Assembly (NCBI RefSeq): GCF_023055435.1
Contig: NW_025963891.1
Coordinates: 20,336,001-20,400,000, forward strand
DNA length: 64,000 nucleotides
DNA from: Haliotis rufescens
Lineage: Eukaryota
Direction of reading: 5' to 3'
Positions 45,506 through 58,900 of this stretch are shown piece by piece (position 1 is the first letter of the stretch; every line of letters starts with the position of its first letter). The position numbers were made by a program, and so were the translations under genes. The notes beneath the pieces were generated by a model. That model saw nothing but the letters and a program-made list of their open reading frames with translations. It had not been told where the DNA came from and ran no database searches.

Positions 45506-48500
45506 CACATCCCTGACTGACCTCTGAAACAGACAAGTACGCCTCACAGAGCTATCAATCTCGCCATCTATTATTCCAGACGGAACTACGCTGAACGCCT
45601 ATACCATTATTTAAACGTCGCGTTGTCCTTAGACATAACATCCTTCATTATCCAATGTATTACATTTCCTTCCTATAACTGTATATATATATATATATAT
45701 CTTAATGCAATGAAGATTTGACACACAGGATAATCGTGGGTGAATGGTCCTGTTTTCTTTAAATAGGTAGATCAGTTGATCTGGATCCCGAAACAGACGT
45801 TGCCACACCAACTGAGAGTTTTTTGTTTGTTGTTTAACGCCGCACTCACCAATATTCCAGTATATGACAGCAGTCTGTAAAGAATAGAGTCTGGACCAGA
45901 TAATCCAGTGATTGATACCATGAGCATCGATCCACGCCATTGGGATACGATGAGACACATAAACCAAGTCAGCGAGCCTGACCACCCGATCCCGTTAGCC
46001 GCCTCTTACGACAAGTATAGTCGCTTTTTACTGCAAGCATAGTCGTTTTTTCTGTAAAAAAAAGTGACATAACACGTTCCATATTCACAAGAAACCTCTG
46101 CTAAAAGCAGAGTCGATTGTACGATTCAGACCATAGCATGTGCATGTGTTTATACATGGCTGTCAAATAGTAATATGATACCAGTTCTTCACAAAAAGGT
46201 GAGCGGATCCTGCCCTATCCGTGGCACTCGTCACAACACATGCAGAGGAACGTACCTATGGTACAAATCAAAATCTTCGTGAAGATTCCGGGGTAGAACA
46301 GGTCTTCAGCAACCCATGCTTGCCGTAAAAGGTGACTAGGCTTGTCGTAAAAGGCGACTAACTGGATCGGGTGGTCAGGCTCGCTGACTTGGTTGATGCA
46401 TGTCATCGATTCCAATTGCGTGGATCGATGCTCATGATATTAATCAATGGATTGTCTGGTCCAGACTCGATCATTTGCAGACCGCCGCCATATAGCTGGA
46501 ATATTGCTGGGTGCGGCGTTAAACCACAAACCAACAACAACCAAACCAATCATTTTTGTCACTGATACCTCAAAGTTGGAAATGCGCTCCACATGTCTGT
46601 CAAAAGACTTTTACAGTTTTAGTGAGGCCTTGAATGTTGTAACCTTTATCAAACAACCTCTCAGTAAGAGTTGTATGACGTCCTTTGAAATCTTCATAGA
46701 AAGAGCATGCTCGATTGTACCTCAAAAGTCGTGCAATGTAAACATCAAAGGCTGGACCTAAACTGAAGTTTATTGGCTATTTGATGGTTATTAAACGATA
46801 TTAGATCAGGTCGTTTTCAATATTGTTACATGACCACCGTAGTATAAGTGTTGGCAATGTTCTCCCTTGTGCATGACACTGCAACCATGACGACGGTGAG
46901 GTGAGATGGAGTTTAACATCGCGTTCAAGATTATTGCACCTATATAGCGATGTGCATGCATGTGTATGCGTGGCTGCCTGTACCAGTCCGGACTGATGCC
47001 GATTTTTAGTGCTAGCACACTGAGATACCATGCCGCACTTGACTCCAGCTCGAGCCAACCACTGCTTGTTTTAGCCCCTTGATGCCGAGCGTCAGACAGG
47101 TTACAACAAGTACCATCTTTTAACGTCTTTTGGTATGACGCGGTCGGGGACCGAACCCTTGACCTTCCGCCCTCCGGGCGGACGCTCTACCACTAGGCCA
47201 CGGAAGCGGCTCCATAACAATGGAGTAACGTAGATATTAGGTGGAATGGCCTTGGCTGCTATATCTCGGTCAGTGAGACCCGATGCCATGCCATACATAG
47301 ATTCCTGGCTATAGTTAGGCTCGTCGCAGATGACAAGACAAATAGCTTTGTAGATAGCAGCGGAATGCTTCGAGCCTCATGGTTTATGCTCCCTGCAGTG
47401 TTTTATTGTACGATAAACAACTCCCACTCGTCGTTTATTTCTTAATTATGACATAATCTCTATCATGAGAAGAATGTTGAATATTTGAAGTTTTTGTCCT
47501 TTCGCCGTGAGGATTCCTAGTTTGAATCCCCGGCGACCTAGGCTTGTCGTAAAAGGCGACTAAGTGGATCAATCTCATTGAAATCAGATCTTAGTGCTCG
47601 CTACCGTGTTTAGCTGTAGAGACAACTACTTAATGGATCTGGTAGTCAGGCTCGGTAACTTGGTTGATTGAATGGCATCCTATCCCGACAGCGTGGAAAG
47701 TTGTTCATATGATATAAATCACTGGTTTGTTTGATCCGGACTCGAGTACGTACAGTGCGCCGTCATATAGCTGGAACATTGCTGAGTGCGATGTTGTAAA
47801 CACCCAAAGAAACAAAAACCTCTCCTCATATATTTACCATAATTTGGCTGGTGTTGCACACCGCTATAGTGAGCAATATTAAAGCTACATCAGAAAATAA
47901 TTGTCTGAACCAGTGGTGGACAGCATGAGCAACGATCCTCGCCATTAAGGTACAATGATAATACTCTCAGGAGATCTGTTACGACGTAAAGTGTCATTAA
48001 CCGCGTTTTTACAATTTACGTCGTAACAAGATCTCCATGAAGATCCGGGATGGAAGAGATCCACACGACACTTGTCGTAAGAGGCGACTAACTGGATCGA
48101 GTGGTCTGGCCTTCCGACTTAGTTGATGCATGTCATCGTATCCAAATGTCCCTAGATCATAAAATATAACTCCGACATATTAATAACATTTGCGTGAGTT
48201 CAATTAGCATACACGTTCGTTGCTCGTCCCACAAAACGATTGTAGTAACTCTGATTCCAAACGTATTATCGTCATAGTATTTTCACAACTCTAAATCATA
48301 ATTCCATAACAAAATAGCAAAATAAAAGTAAACAACTCTTGAATAAACACTGCATTAAGAGAAACGTCCCACTCTTCCAGGGTATAATTTGACATTATGA
48401 CTGGTTACTGAAAGTACAACGAATTATATCCTCTATTCTTTAAAATGCTTTTATACCTCCAATGACGTGAATTAGTAATGACACTTTTCCATAGGAAAAA

Positions 48501-49134
48501 ATTCATTTGATAGCAATGTTACATATAGTATTTTCAAAACTCTTAATTATCATTCCTTAACAAAATAACAAAATAAAATTAAACTATTCTTTAATTTAAC
48601 TCTGCCAGGGTACGAAGTCACACAATCAACCAAATCACCAATTCTGACCTACCGATCCCTGAAGTCCCCTCTCAAAACAAGCATCGGTTTCAAGGAACCA
48701 TATGCTATCAGATGAGCTAACCAAGTTACCATCGTAAACAAATGTTATGGTTTCTTTTAACAATAAAGCACAGCACTGCCTGTATATAAAAGTGTGTATA
48801 AAATACGCCGAAAAGTACTAAAATGGTAGATGCCCCCACAGACCCGTGAAGATTCCGGGGTAGAATATGTCTTCAGCAACCCATGCTTGCCGTAAAAGGT
48901 GACTATGCTTGCCGTAAAAGGCGACTAACGGGATCGGGTGGTCAGGCTCGCTGACTTGGTTGATGCATGTCATCGATCCCAATTGATTGGATCGATGCTC
49001 ATGATATTAATCACTGGATTGTCTGGTCCAGACTCGATTGTTTGCCGCCCGCCGTCATATAGCTGGGATATTGCTGAGTGCGGCGTTAAACAACAAACCA
49101 ACCAACCAACAAACAAACCAACAAACCAACATAC

Positions 49135-49194
49135 CTGCCCAATAGGCACAGCAAGGGAATACCCCAAACACAGGACGAGGACAACCCTCAACAT
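49135..49194 (-). other. Duplicated A4 exon 1 with its promoter (possible alternative first exon)
   Basis: Encodes MLRVVLVLCLGYSLAVPIGQ, identical peptide to 44244-44303; donor gtatg retained; S2 SINE inserted a few bases into the intron. Confidence 0.85.
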
Positions 49195-50601
49195 GTTTCT
49201 CCAATGAAAGTCTTGGGAGAATAACCTTTGAACGTGTCCTTTTAATACATACGTCCAGAAACCTGGTTTTTACTGATAAATTAATGGGAATGTGTCACAT
49301 GGCCTCACCTATATCTCAGTGCAAGAGGTGGAGTTGTTCGTGTGGTTGATAAGAACTGGGTTTGGTTACACAAATACTAGGTGCATGGTTTTATTTGTGA
49401 AACGCAGGTACCAAACATTATCTATTGGGGTTTAACTGTAACCTTACTTATTGGAACTGATGAAGAAGCCGTCATGGCAGATGAGTGAGTGAGTGAGTGA
49501 GTGAGTGAGTGAGTGAGTGAGTGAGTGAGTGAGTGAGTGAGGTTTAAAGCATCAGCTATATCATGGCGTCTGGGACGAAAGCCTAAAATGGACGCTTTAT
49601 CGCTGTAACTTTGAATCAAAATAAGGGCGAATTAGGGATTCGTGTGAGTGAGTGAGTTGGGTTTAACGCCGCTTTTAACAGCATTTCCGTTATATCATGG
49701 CGTGTCAGCTTAATGCAGGAGGTAAGCCCGAAGTGGTGCAGGTCTCAGACGTTTACCACTTCGGTGAAACCCACAAGCACAGGTAAGGTGCTGACAAACC
49801 TAGAAACATAATCGGAGCGAACCGGGATTCGAACCTACAATCATAGGTTTCTGGCGTTCCCAAGGGACGCAACTCTGTACAGCGAATCGCGGAGCATTTG
49901 GGAATCGAAACTACCATCAACTCTATGTAATTCATTCTTCATGAAAAGTCTATATTTTAATGCTGATGCACAAATAAAAATGTGGTATGAGCATGGCCTC
50001 AGTACAAAAGCAGGCAACTCATAGGTAGAAATATACTGAATTGCTCTGTCTTCCTTGGCCGTCGTGGTCTAGTGGATAGAGCGTCTGTCTGTTGAGCGGA
50101 AGATCAGTAGTTCAATCCCCGGCCGTAGCATACCAAAAGACCCTAAAAGATGGTACTTGTTACCATGCCTGGCGCTCAGCATGTACGGGATAAGACAAGG
50201 TCGTCTCGGAGTCAGTATACTGTGTCTGCGGCATTGTGTCTCAGTGTGCTCGCACCATGAAACCGACATATGTCAGGACTAGTACAAACACACACACACA
50301 CACACACACACTCACTCACTCACTCACTCACTCACACTCACGCACGCACACACTCACTCACACTCACGCACGCGTGCGCGCACGCGCGCACGCACACACA
50401 CACACCCGTGGATGCACGTTGCTGTAACCACATCCCTGACTGACCTCTGAAACAGACAAGTACGCCTCACAGAGCTATCAATCTCGCCATCTATTATTCC
50501 AGACGGAACTACGCTGAACGCCTATACCATTATTTAAACGTCGCGTTGTCCTTAGACATAACATCCTTCATTATCCAATGTATTACATTTCCATCCTATA
50601 A

Positions 50602-50643
<42 letters not shown>

Positions 50644-53600
50644 TAATGCAATGAAGATTTGACACACAGGATAATCGTGGGTGAAGGGTCCTGTTTTCTT
50701 TAAATAGGTAGATCAGTTGATCTGGATCCCGAAACAGACGTTGCCACACCAACTGAGAGTTTTTTGTTTGTTGTTTAACGCCGCACTCACCAATATTCCA
50801 GTATATGACAGCAGTCTGTAAATAATAGAGTCTGGACCAGATAATCCAGTGATTGATATCATGAGCATCGATCCACGCCATTGGGATACGATGAGACACA
50901 TAAACCAAGTCAGCGAGCCTGACCACCCGATCCCGTTAGCCGCCTCTTACGACAAGTATAGTCGCTTTTTACGGCAAGCATAGTCGTTTTTTCTGTAAAA
51001 AAAGTGGCATAACACGTTCCATATTCACAAGAAACCTCTGCTAAAAGCAGAGTCGATTGTACGATTCAGACCATAGCATGTGCATGTGTTTATACATGGC
51101 TGTCAAATAGTAATATGATACCAGTTCTTCACAAAAATGTGAGCGGATCCTGCCCTATCCGTGGCACTCGTCACAACACATGCAGAGGAACGTACCTATG
51201 GTACAAATCAAAATCTTCGTGAAGATTCCGGGGTAGAACAGGTCTTCAGCAACCCATGCTTGCCGTAAAAGGTGACTAGGCTTGTCGTAAAAGGCGACTA
51301 ACGGGATCGGGTGGTCAGGCTCGCTGACTTGGTTGATGCATGTCATCGATTCCAATTGCGTGGATCGATGCTCATGATATTAATCAATGGATTGTCTGGT
51401 CCAGACTCGATTATTTGCAGACCGCCCCGATATAGCTGGAATATTGCTGGGTGCGGCGTTAAACCACAAACCAACAACAACCAAACCAATCATTTTTGTC
51501 ACTGATACCTCAAAGTTGGAAATGCGCTCCACATGTCTGCCAAAAGACTTTTACAGTTTTAGTGAGGCCTTGAATGGTGTAACCTTTATCAGACAACCTC
51601 TCAGCAAGAGTTGTATGACGTCCTTTGAAATCTTCATGGAAAGAGCATGCTTGATTGTACCTCAAAAGTCGTGCAATGTAAACATCAAAGGCTGGACCTA
51701 AACTGAAGTTTATTGGCTATTTGATGGTTATTAAACGATATTAGATCAGGTCGTTTTCAATATTGTTACATGACCACCGTAGTATAAGTGTTGGCAATGT
51801 TCTCCCTTGTGGATGACACTGCAACCATGACGACGGTGAGGTGAGATGGAGTTTAACATCGCGTTCAAGATTATTGCACCTATATAGCGATGTGCATGCA
51901 TGTGTATGCGTGGCTGCCTGTACCAGTCCGGACTGATGCCGATTTTTAGTGCTAGCACACTGAGATACCATGCCGCACTTGACTCCAGCTCGAGCCAACC
52001 ACTGCTTGTTTTAGCCCCTTAATGCCGAGCGTCAGACAGGTTACAACAAGTACCATCTTTTAACGTCTTTTGGTATGACGCGGTCGGGGACCGAGCCCCT
52101 GACCTTCCGCCCTCCGGGCGGACGCTCTACCACTAGACCACGGAAGCGGCCCCATAACAATGGAGTAACGTAGATATTAGGTGGAATGGCCTTGGCTGCT
52201 ATATCTCGGTCAGTGAGACCCGATACCATGCCATACATAGATTCCTGGCTATAGTTAGGCTCGTCGCAGATGACAAGACAAATAGCCTGTAGATAACAGC
52301 GGAATGCTTCGAGCCTCATGGTTTATGCTCCCTGCAGTGTTTTATTGTACGACAAACAACTCCCACTCGTCGTTTATTTCTTAATTATGACATAATCTCT
52401 ATCATGAGACGAATGTTGTATATTTGAAGCTTTTGTCCTTTCGCCGTGAGGATTCCTAGTTTGAATCCCCGGCGACCTAGGCTTGTCGTAAAAGGCGACT
52501 GAGTGAATGAATCTCATTGAAATCAGATCTTAGTGCTCGCTACCGTGTTTAGCTGTAGAGACAACTACTTAATGGATCTGGTAGTCAGGCTCGGTAACTT
52601 GGTTGATTGAATGGCATCCTATCCCGACAGCGTGGAAATTTGTTCATATGATATAAATCACTGGTTTGTTTGATCCGGACTCGAGTACGTACAGTGCGCC
52701 GTCATATAGCTGGAACATTGCTGAGTGCGATGTTGTAAACACCCAAAGAAACAAAAACCTCTCCTCATATATTTACCATATTTTGGCTGGTGTTGCACAC
52801 CGCTATAGTGAGCAATATTAAAGCTACATCAGAAAATAATTGTCTGAACCAGTGGTGGACAGCATGAGCAACGATCCTCGCCATTAAGGTACAATGGTAA
52901 TACTCTCAGGAGATCTGTTACGACGTAAAGTGTAATTAACCGCGTTTTTACAATTTACGTCGTAACAAGATCTCCCTGAAGATCCGGGATGGAAGAGATC
53001 CACACGACACTTGTCGTAAGAGGCGACTAACTGGATCGAGTGGTCTGGCCTTCCGACTTAGTTGATGCATGTCATCGTATCCAAATGTGCCTAGATCGAT
53101 ATTCATGACGTTACTCCAGACTCGATTGTTTTGAGGCCGCCGTCTAAAAGCTGGAAAATTGGTGATTGCGGTGTTAAACAACAAACAAACAAAATAAACT
53201 TCAAACAGAATTCAAATCCTGACCCAAATCCATGTCCTGGAAATGTCGTGAGCACTGACAGATCAGGTGCCTAACAAAAATCGTGACATAGATAACACTG
53301 GGGGTCTATACTCAGCTGTCACATCTACTGCTAATCAAACATAAAGTATGTTTTTTGTCGATTTTGGACAGTAAGCGTTCCAAATACAACGGAAGAATCC
53401 ATTTCCTTTGAACAGGGAACTGCGTGTGGAGTGTAACGCAATGCACGTGGATTTCATGTAGCACGTCTTTATAGATTCGTCACCTTACACCCATGCTGAT
53501 GTTATGGAATGCACGAATTGTACAGATCCGTGGGTCACAAATTATCAGATCATGCTTTTATTTATGTTCGTTAAGCAGTGTGGCCAGGAACCAATTTTAC

Positions 53601-53755
53601 CAGAGAAGTTTTATACTCATTTACTGGTTGGAATAAATTCTCAGCGGAATTGGTCGTTTACTCAAGCAATAAGAGAAATCCATAAGAAGAGAACAGTTTA
53701 CGACTCTTCTCGTTTCACTAAAATGAGGGCAAATATTTTCGGTCACTAAAATATA

Positions 53756-55211
53756 TCCTCACGCGCAAAAGAAACGCAAGTCGAGTATGCAGTATACATG
53801 TTATTTATTTTCAGCAGTAAAGACAAGAAATACTAATAGGGCCAATTTGGGTCAATACCCAAAATGTCAGTCAATACCTGGTGTGACCACCATTACCATT
53901 GATCACTGCCACACATCTCCTGTACATTGAGTGGATCAGACGATTTGTGAAGGCCCTAGGGATCATCCTGCACACATCCAGAACAGCTGTGCGTAGTTCA
54001 TCGGCAGTTGTAGGGACTGGGCTCACATTGTGCAAACGCCTTTGAACCTCATCCCACAAGTGTTCGATGGGGTTCAGATCAGGGCTGAGGGCTGGCTACG
54101 GTAGAACACGGATGGTGTGTTGTTGCAGAAAGGCCATGGTAGCTCTGGCAACGTGGGGACGAGCGTTGTCCTGCTGGAAAATGTGTTGTTGATGTGGTAC
54201 AAAAAATGGAACAACATGGGGTCTTATCACTTGGTCGATATATCGCTGAGCAGTGACGCCGTGTCCCCGACCTTGACCAACATTCAGAAAGCACATGGGT
54301 CCAAGTCTCGCATTAAGTTCAATCCCTGCCCATATCATGACGCTAGGTCCACCCCATGGATCCTTTTCCACAATGTTTCTGTCAGCGAAACGATCACCTC
54401 GACGCCGCCAAACTCTAACTCTTCCGTCTGCATGGGAGACACAAAAGCGACTTTCATCAGAAAAGATGACACGCCTCCACTCACGATGACGCCAATTGCG
54501 ATGACCCTTTGCCCACTGAAGTCGTGCTTGTCGATGCCGTGGTTGGAGAACAGGACGACGTGCTGGTCGGCGACATCTGAGGTTGTTGGAACGGAGACGT
54601 CGGATCACAGTGTCCCGGCTAATGTGTCGATTATGTGTTCCTATGGTCTGTCAAGAACTTTCACTTGCAGTTAGGAACGGATGTCGCTGGTGTTGACGGG
54701 TAATCTGCCGATCCTGTCGAGGTGTGGTGACCCTAGGACGACCGCTCCGAGAAAGGTCATCTGTGGTCTGTGTAGCATTGTATCGATGCAGGAGACGGTA
54801 AATTGTGGTTATGTTAACGTTGAAAAGACGGGCAACATCTTGGACAGACTCTCCTGCTTCCAAACGTCCGATAGCCTGGTTTCTCTGAATTTGAGTTAGG
54901 CGTGGCATTGTTGACCAAGGAGTGGTAGGTCCAAGAATGGGCCACAGTTTATACCAACTACAGTTCGTGACAGTTCGTGCATTTTCGATTTCGCGAGAAA
55001 TGGGTGCATGATACCCACATATTCATTGAAATGGCGCGTTTTGGCGATTCGTCTTTTATGTTGCGTGTTTACTCGGGGCTTCCAAAATACAACCCAAAAT
55101 ATTGATAACACCATGAGGCTTCACTATACATGCTAAAAATCGTATCAATTTATGGTTCCGTGTTGTTACCTATTTGCTTAAAACCACTTGCGTTTCTTTA
55201 GCGTGTGAGTA
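53756..55211 (-). mobile_element. Tc1-like transposon, full length
   Basis: TA TSDs; TIRs t(a/c)ctcac(a/g)cgc(t/a)aaagaaacgcaagt. Confidence 0.92.
53871..54908 (-). pseudogene. Tc1 DD34E-type transposase, 345 codons, two nonsense changes
   Basis: One frame from MPRLTQ to GGHTRY*; IFSDESRF, FQQDNARPH, SPDLNPIEHLW; stops at 54651-54653 and 54096-54098 only. Confidence 0.92.
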
Positions 55212-55918
55212 TAGATATTGGCCTGAACATTTTTCTGGGATGATTACCATTATAAAAATCATCGTAAGATAATAAACATTTTTACGAAATGATCATGAAT
55301 CGCACCTATGGTTAAAATGTTCCCATTGCAATGTCATCTTGTGCACGGGTGCTAAATGAGGTGAAGCTGTATTTTTCTAAGTTTTTCTTCCGGATTGCAT
55401 TGCTCAATGTTGCATTTTACAAGCGCTTCAATACATTACATACACCTAAGCTTCAGCAGGTGAGTCTGGTGGATCATTGACATAACATCGTAGCAGCTTG
55501 TTCTGTCTAAGTGGTCAGTGGTTGTTCTTGGTTTTCTGTGCAAGTGGGGGTTCGCCTTCGCATGTTTTCCTTTTCCCGAAAAGAGTGTACATATTACCCA
55601 GAGAGATCTAGAATCGAATTCGTGAATATATTAAATCATATTTTTCACGAATAATGTACAATGTTTCGAGCAATCTGTTTTAAAACTAATGTCAAATTTA
55701 AGATCCTAAAGCTCTGGGTTCTTTCGGGTAAGATCTTTTGGGTATCACTCCTAGATCCGGCGACCATCGAAGCTCTCTTGTGCAGTAGGGTGAAATAATA
55801 ATTTAGAGTTACCTCCCTTGCTTTGTTTGAGTTTTGCTCTCGCTGTCACGATCACACGTGAGACTGTTTCAGGGAGATAAGGAATTTGACCTCGATCAAA
55901 TCGATGCTCCGACACACC

Positions 55919-58900
55919 ATGGCGCGGGTGTTGGTTGCAGGCACAGGCATCACAGGAGCGGCAACCGCGGCTGCGTTGCGTCAGGAACTACCTGAGGACG
56001 CGACGATCACATTGTGGGACAAGTCTCATGGGGCAGGTTAGCAGCAGCACGGTTCCTCCCTAATGAACAAGGCATGATAATTATGATCATTATCCAGAAC
56101 GTAGGATAATGATGTGATGTAATTGGTAGACGTGATCGAATCTCGTTACTGGCAGGTGCTTGTGTAAGCAAGGATTCTATCCTACCTAAATATTATCCCA
56201 GGAGAAGTTTTACTCTAGAGTAGGCCTATAGTAGATCTATAGGATAGGATAAAAGACACTGGTATGGGTTCAAATTCCCTAGGGAGAATCATCCTGACAC
56301 GAGAGAATTTCATCACCGGGATAAAAAAAAAATAGGGTAGGAGAATATTCACTCTTATATTGCACCCACACTCCGTGAATAAACTCGTTGACAGTACACC
56401 TGGGCATTGAGTCCTGCAATCATTTAACACGAGGGACATGCATGTTTGAAACTGATTTTACCATACCTAATCAGGTGATCAGATATAGTTTTAAACCAAC
56501 AGTTGCAGCACTGTCATGGATTTCGGATCACCTGGTATTCTGTTGTTTGAAGCGTGTCCTTTTTATTATATTTCATAACTATAATTTAACAACTGGTTTT
56601 TTTTCTGTATAATATATTGATTTCAGAGACTAGATATTAGTCTAATGTATTCCCAATAACATGTTGCTAGTTACTGTGAGATTTAAATGACACAATCTTT
56701 TCCCTACTTTATGTATACATGTGTCCTTGTGGCAGCCAATATGGTGCCATGACAGTCCTGATGAATATGCAATTCATGCTCTCTGTCATCTTCCCGAGGC
56801 AAGGGAGTTAACTGACTATGAAAGTCCAGTTTCCACCCTTGCCGAACAAGGCTGGTGTTATTTAGTTTGATTTTGGCTGGACTAACGAGTCTATGCATAG
56901 TCCAATCAAAATCGCGAACTGAAATCGAAATCCAGTTCGTAAACTGTCATGCAGAGTTCGGTCGATTGCAGGATTTGCAAAGCATGTGCAACGTCAACTC
57001 GTTGTCAACAGATATTTTCCAAATCTTTTCAAGTTTTTAATCAAGGTGCTCACATGATTTGATGCACTTCATGATGTAAGACCCGTTTTATCATAATATA
57101 GATCTCAATTGTCGATCAGATCGTCTTATCTTGGCGCCGCCATTTTGTTTGAAACAAATGCAAGTGACACGAGAGGTGGAATCTGATTGGTCAATAGGAG
57201 ATGCATAGAAGGGACATAACTCGTAACAGCCACTGGTGGCGCTACAATCGAGCCCAGGAATTCCAGCCTAGTTCAGCAAGGGTGGAACCAAGGGTCAGTT
57301 AACTCTCTTGCCTTGGGAAGATGGCTCTCTGTATAGCCAGTTAGTCATGTATTACCGTATTCGACGTAATAACCGCCCCGCTCTAATAAGCGCCCATGGC
57401 GATATTTGCTAATATATTGGCTAGTGAACAATCCCAATTAGCACCCCTTCCGATTGATCAGTGTACACAAGACATACTTATTCGTGTATAATATGTGTGT
57501 TATATGCATCCTTAATCATGGGAAATTAAATTCTGGAAAAAATATATCTGTCTTATATAAACATTTCAGGCTGTCAGCATCAACCATGAAACTTACGATC
57601 TTTCAACTCTGTTGTTTTTCACCAAAATAACATTCTAATAAGAGCCCCCTATTTCTAATTTTGAGAGCGCCATGGGCGCTTATTATGTCAAATACGGTAA
57701 TGTGGAATTAAGGAAAATGCTTTGTGGATGTCTGTTGTGTAAAGACTTCTTTTGATTATGCTCCTTTTCTATTTGTATGACCTTTCTATCAGAAAAGAAA
57801 AAAGCTCAGGTGAGCTGCAGAGCTTTGTGGCTCTAATTTTGGAATCTGTTTTTAAATTGATTTCTGTTCTGTAGGATCTCCTCATACTTTTGTCTATCTA
57901 ATAACAATTTTGCTGAGGCCAAAACCAAGTGAAAAGGTTTAGGACAACAGAAACACACAGAAATCAGTTTGGGGGCCCGAGCCAATATGGCTGTTTGATT
58001 ACCTATGTACAGGGATACACATGTAGCAGGGCATGGAGTCATCCCACAGATGACATCCTTACCTTGTCAGCTTGCTGACGGGGTTAACCTCTTTGGTCAT
58101 GTGGACAAGGCGTCCAACCTCGGATCAAAAGGTCCGTGGTTGGAATCCGAACTCGGGACTCGGAAATTTTATGGCCGCTACATTGGTGCCCAACAAGGGG
58201 CTGAGCACGTTGATATTAAATTTGAGCAAAGTAAGCCTCACTACCCAACTATGCGGCCCGGGACGTGCCTTCTGTTGACAGGGGAGTATGTAGCAGGGTG
58301 TGGAGTCATCCCACAGATGACATCCTTACCTTGTCAGCTTGCTGACGGGCTTAACATCTTTGGTCATGTGGACAAGGCGTCCAACCTCGGATCAGAAGGT
58401 CTGTGGTTCGAATCCCATTACCGGACTCGGAAATTTTATGGCCGCTACACACACTATAATGTAAATCCAACCACCTGAACTAGCCCACATGCTAAATGTT
58501 ATAAGTAAACATGTTCATTCAATTTTTTTTCAACTTTTGGATGAGCAGACTTGTGGCCATGTCAAACTCTGAATATGAACATGCCTCCAAAAGGCTGGCT
58601 GAATTTGTGGAGAATTACCTTAGTTCTAACACCTTAAACCCTTGTTTTTCTGATTTACCATCTGGGCGAAGATATCTCACTCCAAAAGTTAAATCTAAAT
58701 GATCCCAGACCTCTTTTATTCCAGTTTTTTCTTGTATTATGTTTTGTGATGCTCTGATGTAAGAAAATTGGGGCAATAAAGAATTATCTCACCTCACCTC
58801 ATAGTTCATCTACGGAGCCAAATATACTCTTATCATGTTTCATCTGTTCAAATTTCATCATGCTCTTTGGACAAGAGTTAAGCATTTTTGAGTGGGTGAA

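Noticed and set aside
45629-46761. Recurrent short ORFs (MVRLADLVDAC..., GLSGPDSII...)
   Set aside because: Chance translations of SINE S2 copies; frames are not conserved between copies.
54117-54674. 185-aa plus-strand ORF
   Set aside because: Antisense shadow of the Tc1 transposase.
58005-58478. 157-aa ORF with an internal repeat
   Set aside because: The repeat is just the two LTRs of the TRIM read in one frame; no recognisable domain.
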